Shown here one piece after another: positions 15,015-20,103 of a DNA stretch of 20,103 bases. Position 1 is the stretch's first letter. Every line of letters starts with the position of its first letter. Location of the stretch: the NCBI GenBank assembly GCA_050331235.1, contig JBHJHA010000093.1, forward strand, positions 1 to 20,103, read 5' to 3'. Origin of the DNA: Leptolyngbyaceae cyanobacterium. GTDB taxonomy: Bacteria > Cyanobacteriota > Cyanobacteriia > Phormidesmidales > Phormidesmidaceae. The notes below the pieces were generated by a model. That model was not told the origin of the DNA. It did no database searches and saw nothing but the letters and a program-made list of their open reading frames with translations. The position numbers and the translations under genes were made by a program.

Positions 15015-17321
15015 TTAACCGGAGGACTTTTTGAGGGTTTGGAGCTGATATTTCAACGCCGCCGGGTCCACAGGCTCTTGACCATAGCGCCAGCCCACAT
15101 AGGTGCGCACGATTGCCATGACCTGATCACCCCGTTTGAATTGGGACTGACCTTGGAGGGCGATCGCATATTCCAACGGAGTCTGAGACCGCTGTTTGGG
15201 ATATCCCTGGGCCGCCAGCCACGTCAGCAGTTGCTGATAGATTTGTTCAACTTTGGGCAATCGCTGTAGCCGCATATGTTGTCGCCAGCGGCGCCACCCT
15301 TGCCAACCCAGCCACCCTAAAAACGCCAACGCCGTGGCGCTGAGCAACGCCGCCATCAGCCCTAGCAGCCCGTCGTCAAAAAAACGAAAGAGGCGCAGAA
15401 TGCCCTGTACTAGCCAAACGAAGACCCCCGATAACCAACCAGACACGGGAGACGGGAGCCAGCCCGCCACCCAATTCCAAAACTGCCCCAGTACCGAAAA
15501 TGCATTACTGTCTTGGAGCGAAGGGGGCACCAGTTCGTGGCCTGGAATCGGGTCAAACGCAAACCAGCCGAAGCCAGGAAAAAATACCTCCGTCAGGGCA
15601 AAGGCATCGGTGTTGCTCACGACGTAATAGCCGGTGAACGGATTGAATCGCCCCGGTCCAAAGCCGGTGACGAGGCGAGCCGGAATATCAATGCTCCGCA
15701 GCATCACCGTCAACACGGTCGAAAAATGATCGGGATAGCCCCCCTCGTAGGTGAAAAGGAACGCCTCCACCAAATCTTCGTCATCGGCAAAAAAAGGCAG
15801 TTCCGTTCGGATACTGTAATTTTGCTTGAGGCTCTGGGCCAAATACAGCGCCTTTTCATAGGGGTCATTGAGCGGCTGTGGAGAAGTTGCCAAGAGGCTT
15901 TCAGTTTGTTCGCGTACGCGGTCTTGAATGGCCGCCGGCAGCTGCAGGTAAACCGTCTGCATCTCTTCGCTGTAGTCCGTGGCGGCACTGCGCAGCCGAG
16001 TCCGATCGCGATAGGGCACATCGGATACCACGCTGTAGGTAATCCCCTCACTGAGGGGAATGGGCGATCGCAATGACCCTTCGGCATCGATGGCAATTTC
16101 CCGGGTGGGAAAATAAAGTTCTTCCGCCTGATACAGCGCGGGAATCAGGTTCGGCAGGTCATCGACAATGGTATATGTCTGCACAATTTCCCGTTCTCGG
16201 CCCTCGGTATTGTGCTGGCCCGGTTCATTGGCCGTGGCGGGCAAGTAGTTGCGAAAAGACGTCAGCGATCGCTCAAACACTTCCACATCATCTTCGCGGG
16301 AAATTTCCCAGCCCTGGCCGGTGTAGCGGTCAAAGGCCAGCACCCGCCAAAAACCTGGCGCCTGCGATCGCACCCGCATGACAACTCGGGGCGCAATAGT
16401 GCCGCGCAAATTTTGATTCATCTGCTGGCTAAAGCCGTAGTAGCTCGTCTCATCCAACTCTCCTGGTCCGGTTGCGGGGCGATCGCCTTGAATCTGGCGG
16501 CTATCGCCTTCATCTTCGAGACCAGCCAGATCTTCAGATAGTTGCGATCCGGAGGAATACCCGGGATTGAAAATCTGATCACCCGAAAACTCTCCCTGAA
16601 AGTTGATCGTGCTGCTCACGGGAAAGTTGCGAATCTGATAGCCCGGTAGCCGGGGAAACGCCGCAAAAATGACCAAGCCCAGTCCCAAAATGACACCGAG
16701 CAGCCCGGCCAACTGCTTGAGCTTAAAGGTCGGGCGCAGACTTCCCCCAGTGGGCAACGTTAACAAATTGAGCCGCGATTGATAATCCAAAATTAAAACG
16801 GGCAGGGCGAACGCTAAAAACAGCAGCAGCAGCGGCGCAAAGGTCAGCGACTGGCTAACGGTCGCCGCCACCCCCAGCAAGATCAGGCCAATCATGATGG
16901 AGTAGCCCAAATCTTTGCGCCGGGGCATGTCAAAGCTGTGGAGCACCTGCAAATGGATTAGGAGTTCCGCCAGGAGAATGCGGGTATCGCCACTTTTGTT
17001 AAGCATGTTCATCAAAAAGATAGCCAGGGCCGCCAACATGCCCAAGGCAATCACGAATTTGACAGCGATATTGCTCCGACGGCGCGTTTTCCAACTCCAG
17101 TACCCGCCCAGGGCACTCAGGGGAATCGCCATTAAGTTGAGAAACGATGCCTGGGTCACCCCCACTGCTGCCACCGATACAGAAGCAACCCCCACGCTGA
17201 CTAGAAGCTGGACCAACAGCCTCAGCAGCACTGAGTCTTCAGTTTCTGATGGCGACTTTTGCGAGCGGCCTGGCCAGCGCTGCTGCCAAGTTAGGGATGA
17301 TAGCGGCGGAGTCGACGACAT
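15015..17321 (-). CDS. TgpA-like membrane protein (DUF3488 TM region + transglutaminase-like domain + DUF4129 C-terminus), catalytic residues altered
   Basis: About six N-terminal TM helices, FPRLP, FWRVLAFDRYTGQGW, LRSIDIPARLVTGF, EVFFPGFGWFAFDP, and a C-terminal SQTPLEYA..Y...RYG. Confidence 0.88.
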   Translation of the reverse strand: MSSTPPLSSLTWQQRWPGRSQKSPSETEDSVLLRLLVQLLVSVGVASVSVAAVGVTQASFLNLMAIPLSALGGYWSWKTRRRSNIAVKFVIALGMLAALAIFLMNMLNKSGDTRILLAELLIHLQVLHSFDMPRRKDLGYSIMIGLILLGVAATVSQSLTFAPLLLLFLAFALPVLILDYQSRLNLLTLPTGGSLRPTFKLKQLAGLLGVILGLGLVIFAAFPRLPGYQIRNFPVSSTINFQGEFSGDQIFNPGYSSGSQLSEDLAGLEDEGDSRQIQGDRPATGPGELDETSYYGFSQQMNQNLRGTIAPRVVMRVRSQAPGFWRVLAFDRYTGQGWEISREDDVEVFERSLTSFRNYLPATANEPGQHNTEGREREIVQTYTIVDDLPNLIPALYQAEELYFPTREIAIDAEGSLRSPIPLSEGITYSVVSDVPYRDRTRLRSAATDYSEEMQTVYLQLPAAIQDRVREQTESLLATSPQPLNDPYEKALYLAQSLKQNYSIRTELPFFADDEDLVEAFLFTYEGGYPDHFSTVLTVMLRSIDIPARLVTGFGPGRFNPFTGYYVVSNTDAFALTEVFFPGFGWFAFDPIPGHELVPPSLQDSNAFSVLGQFWNWVAGWLPSPVSGWLSGVFVWLVQGILRLFRFFDDGLLGLMAALLSATALAFLGWLGWQGWRRWRQHMRLQRLPKVEQIYQQLLTWLAAQGYPKQRSQTPLEYAIALQGQSQFKRGDQVMAIVRTYVGWRYGQEPVDPAALKYQLQTLKKSSG

Positions 17322-17437
17322 ATTGACAGATTAGGCGCAACTAAACGGCGAGCCCCACGCCGCCCATAGGCAAGCAGTGGACTGACCAGATTGTCTCCAT
17401 TGTGCCCTGCAAGGTTAGTAAATGCGGCGGGCGGAGC

Positions 17438-18079
17438 TCAAAACTCGATGCGCTCGCCCTGTAGCCACAAGGCAATAGGTACAGCCCCCAAAGGGCCAAT
17501 GCGCACTTCTACCAAAAAGCGGGGTTGCTCATCGCTACTCTGGGCTTCTCGAATCCGCCGTTCTAAGTCGAGCCGTTCCGCCTCGGGCAGGTAGTAGCGT
17601 TCCAATCCATACACAATGCGATCGCGGCGATAGGTCCCCTTGAGAGCAATGTGGTCAGCGGCCAAATCCTGGGGGCGATCGCGGGTGACCCGCACAGGTT
17701 CCCAGGGCGCGCCGTAAATCGTAGCCGTGGGGCTATCAATCTGAGATTGGTTGGCGAGCACCACATAAAACGATTGACCGGGCTGCAGCACGCGCAAGGT
17801 ATCAGAGGGTTCCAACTGCGGCTGAATATCATCCCAGCCTGCCAAGGTGCTGAGCACCCCCCGCTGGGAAATGTCGTACTGCAGCGTCGTGTAATATCCC
17901 CGAAAGGGATCATAGGGATCAACGGGCACGGTGCGAAGAATCACCGTGGTGCCCAACACACTCGTGATCGCAGCCTGTAGCGGTACGGCCACAATCAGCA
18001 GTGTTTGAAAAAAGAGGGGGAGGGCGATCGCCCAAGGTCCCAAACCTTTGCGCACTGGCTTTTGCGAAGACGACGTCAT
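17438..18079 (-). CDS. GDYXXLXY domain membrane-anchored protein
   Basis: N-terminal TM, LRTVPVDPYDPFRGYYTTLQYDIS and YGLERYYLPE. Its start overlaps the stop of the upstream DUF2157 gene (ATGA overlap, 18076-18079). Confidence 0.85.
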   Translation of the reverse strand: MTSSSQKPVRKGLGPWAIALPLFFQTLLIVAVPLQAAITSVLGTTVILRTVPVDPYDPFRGYYTTLQYDISQRGVLSTLAGWDDIQPQLEPSDTLRVLQPGQSFYVVLANQSQIDSPTATIYGAPWEPVRVTRDRPQDLAADHIALKGTYRRDRIVYGLERYYLPEAERLDLERRIREAQSSDEQPRFLVEVRIGPLGAVPIALWLQGERIEF

Positions 18080-19518
18080 GGGGCATCTACCCGTAAGGTG
18101 CGGACATAACGCTCAAACCATAGCCCCACGGCAATGACACCCACACCGCAAATCACAAAGACTAGAGATTTCACCAGTAGTCCTGTTTCGTATTCTAAAA
18201 CGCGGCTCAAAATCTGCAGCGTCAACATCACTAGCCCCCACCAAAACGGGGTGCGGCTACCCGAGCCCAAGCCTTCGCGCATCATACCCAGTGAGAGCAC
18301 AGCGAGCAAAATGTTCATAATCGTGGTCGCAAAAATGGGAATTGGACCCGCCACAAATGTGATGAACAACAGCGTCGCGGTGATGCATAGGAAACCTAAG
18401 ACTGTTGCACTGAGGCCGTCTAATCGCCAGGGGCGCGGCTGCCGCCAACCCAAGTACAGCCAGGCACCGATCGTCCAGCCGGCAAAGCACACTAGCGTTA
18501 GCATGACCAAACCTGAGTTTTGCCACAGCTGTTGCGTATTGAGGAAGTTGCGATCAGCAGAGGCCAACCACACATCGCGAAAAGAGAGGACCCAATACAT
18601 CAAACTGAGGCCGAATATCATTAACCCCCGAGCTACCGGCTGAAAGGGGCGCTGAGCTTCATCATACTGGGCGTTTGGCGTGGCGGCCTCAGACGGTCGC
18701 CCCAGGTGCTGACTCAAAAATTGCCACAGTGTATCGTCATAGGCCCATAGCAGTGCAAACGGCAAAATGAGCACTAGCGCATCAAATAGGGACGGCAGCG
18801 ATCGCCCCAAATCGAGAATCAGAATCCACAGCGAAGAAGTCAGCGCGATCGCGCTGAGGGCAAACAGCGCTGGAGAGCGGCAGCGATAACACAATGGCAC
18901 AAACAAGACGGCGACGAGTAACGGTATTATTTGCAGGGTCCACACACCGAGCAGGGAACTTTGTAACCACACCATGTCCCACAGAGCGCTCCAGTAGCCC
19001 ACTCCGAGAATGAGCAGGGCCAGCATGCCTAAAAACGGCAGCCCCATCCCGTAGGCCATGGCGATCACCCCCAGGGACCAAGTCGCACATAACTCATATC
19101 GCGTGCTGCTGGTATGAACAATTTGTCCCATCAGCGCTAGATTAGCTCCCAGCAGCAGCGCCCCTAGCAGTAGTAGCGCCTGCCCTAACCGTCGCCAGCG
19201 ATCGTCTGGTCGGACCCGGCTGATCAGGCCGTAGCCGCTCAGGTCACAGATCAGCATGGCAACGAAGAGTAAACCGGCCTTGAGGGTTTGTGACAGCGCC
19301 TGCCAGTTGGCCGCCACAAAGGTAATCGCACCCAGCCCAATCAGGATGCTCCCCAACCCCAACAAAATCATGATGAAGCGATCGCGGGCGGCCGTCTCAA
19401 TGGTTTCAAAGTCGTACTGCCGAGCCAGTTGCTGAAACTGCTCCGTAGAAATCAGCTCATTGGCAACCCACTCCTGCGCTTCTTGCTGTAGCTCACGACG
19501 AAAGTCATCTGACGCCAC
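18076..19518 (-). CDS. DUF2157 domain polytopic membrane protein
   Basis: The likely start is GTG at 19518, after GAAGGA. Motifs W...LIS..Q..QL..Y, GLGAITFVAANW, GANLALMGQ and a C-terminal LLVKSLVF..G. It is paired with a GDYXXLXY gene, as is usual for this family. Confidence 0.85.
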   Translation of the reverse strand: MASDDFRRELQQEAQEWVANELISTEQFQQLARQYDFETIETAARDRFIMILLGLGSILIGLGAITFVAANWQALSQTLKAGLLFVAMLICDLSGYGLISRVRPDDRWRRLGQALLLLGALLLGANLALMGQIVHTSSTRYELCATWSLGVIAMAYGMGLPFLGMLALLILGVGYWSALWDMVWLQSSLLGVWTLQIIPLLVAVLFVPLCYRCRSPALFALSAIALTSSLWILILDLGRSLPSLFDALVLILPFALLWAYDDTLWQFLSQHLGRPSEAATPNAQYDEAQRPFQPVARGLMIFGLSLMYWVLSFRDVWLASADRNFLNTQQLWQNSGLVMLTLVCFAGWTIGAWLYLGWRQPRPWRLDGLSATVLGFLCITATLLFITFVAGPIPIFATTIMNILLAVLSLGMMREGLGSGSRTPFWWGLVMLTLQILSRVLEYETGLLVKSLVFVICGVGVIAVGLWFERYVRTLRVDAP

Positions 19519-19630
19519 GATTGTTCCTTCCCGCGTGCAAATTGCTATCGGCGTGTCCGTTTCTAAGAGATCGGCACGCTCACACCTCGATACACTGACA
19601 GTGTGTTTCCCCAATCAGGATAGTCCGACT

Positions 19631-20103
19631 GTGCAAAATTGGTTTCGCGAGTGGCTGCCCAACCTAGACCATCGGGTTTGGATCTTGGCAGCCGGGCGCT
19701 TGCTGTCCCAAGTCGGCATCGGGTTTGTCCTATTCTATGCACCGATCTTTTTTGTCAACCAAGTCGGGCTATCGGCAACTCAGGTCGGGCTAGGAGTCGG
19801 CAGTGAAGCCTTATCAGGATTGGTAGGCCGGTTTTTAGGCGGCTCGATGACCGACTCACCGCAATGGGGACGCCGGAAAACCTTACTTCTGTCAGCCCTG
19901 ATTTCCGCCGTTGCGGATGGGGTCTTTCTGCTGTCCAACAACTTTCCGGTATTTGTCGCTGGCAATCTGTTAATGGGGTTAGGGGTTGGTTTTTACTGGC
20001 AGTCTACGGAGTCAGTGGTCGCTGATATAAACTCCCAAGACAATAGCAACGAGGCCTACGCACTCGTGCGCCTCGCCAACAGCATGGAGTAGGGGCTCGG
20101 CGT
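19631..20103 (+). CDS. Major facilitator superfamily transporter (5' part; in-frame TAG at 20090-20092, probably a sequence error)
   Basis: GTG at 19631 after AGGA. VWILAAGRLLSQVG and MFS motif A variant GGSMTDSPQWGRRKTLL. The frame continues GLG after the TAG. Confidence 0.8.

Larger units (their letters stand above)
733..19385. repeat. HIP1 (highly iterated palindrome GCGATCGC), dispersed
   Basis: More than 30 copies by eye, e.g. 733, 1079, 1785, 2115, 2825, 3059, 4888, 6451, 9489, 14153, 16265 and 19378. Fewer than one would be expected by chance in 20 kb. Confidence 0.95.

Noticed and set aside
667..19090. Numerous 60-190 aa antisense or alternate-frame ORFs inside the main genes
   Set aside because: These are shadow ORFs expected in GC-rich coding DNA, with no recognisable domains.
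19460..19630. Extended N-termini for the MFS ORF (from 19460) and the DUF2157 ORF (from 19614)
   Set aside because: They would overlap each other head-to-head. GTG starts at 19631 and 19518 have SD-like sequences and give family-typical N-termini.

Overview
Cyanobacterial chromosomal DNA, inferred from more than 30 copies of the HIP1 octamer GCGATCGC and from cyanobacterial-type gene families. It is mostly housekeeping. In order: a DUF3352-like exported protein (-), htpX-like M48 protease, purK, 6S RNA (ssaA) with its terminator, a two-gene M16 peptidase pair, a membrane Ser/Thr kinase (-), a sulfotransferase (-), sfsA, a ~650 bp intergenic region, a small DUF2811-like protein, then a minus-strand run (DUF2157, GDYXXLXY, TgpA-like transglutaminase, rmuC, AlkP-superfamily metalloenzyme) and the start of an MFS transporter. 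I saw no CRISPR array, transposase, tRNA or rRNA. The most striking unexplained signal is six exact, co-oriented TTTTCCACA cyanobacterial DnaA boxes plus two near-matches within about 1 kb. They flank the small RHH-like DUF2811 gene and an AT-rich tract, with no dnaA or dnaN in the window. Other notable points: tandem LexA-like boxes before rmuC, a TgpA-like protein lacking its catalytic Cys and His, a structured htpX leader, and a probably artefactual stop codon in the MFS gene at the window edge. All family assignments come from motif recognition by eye, not database searches.
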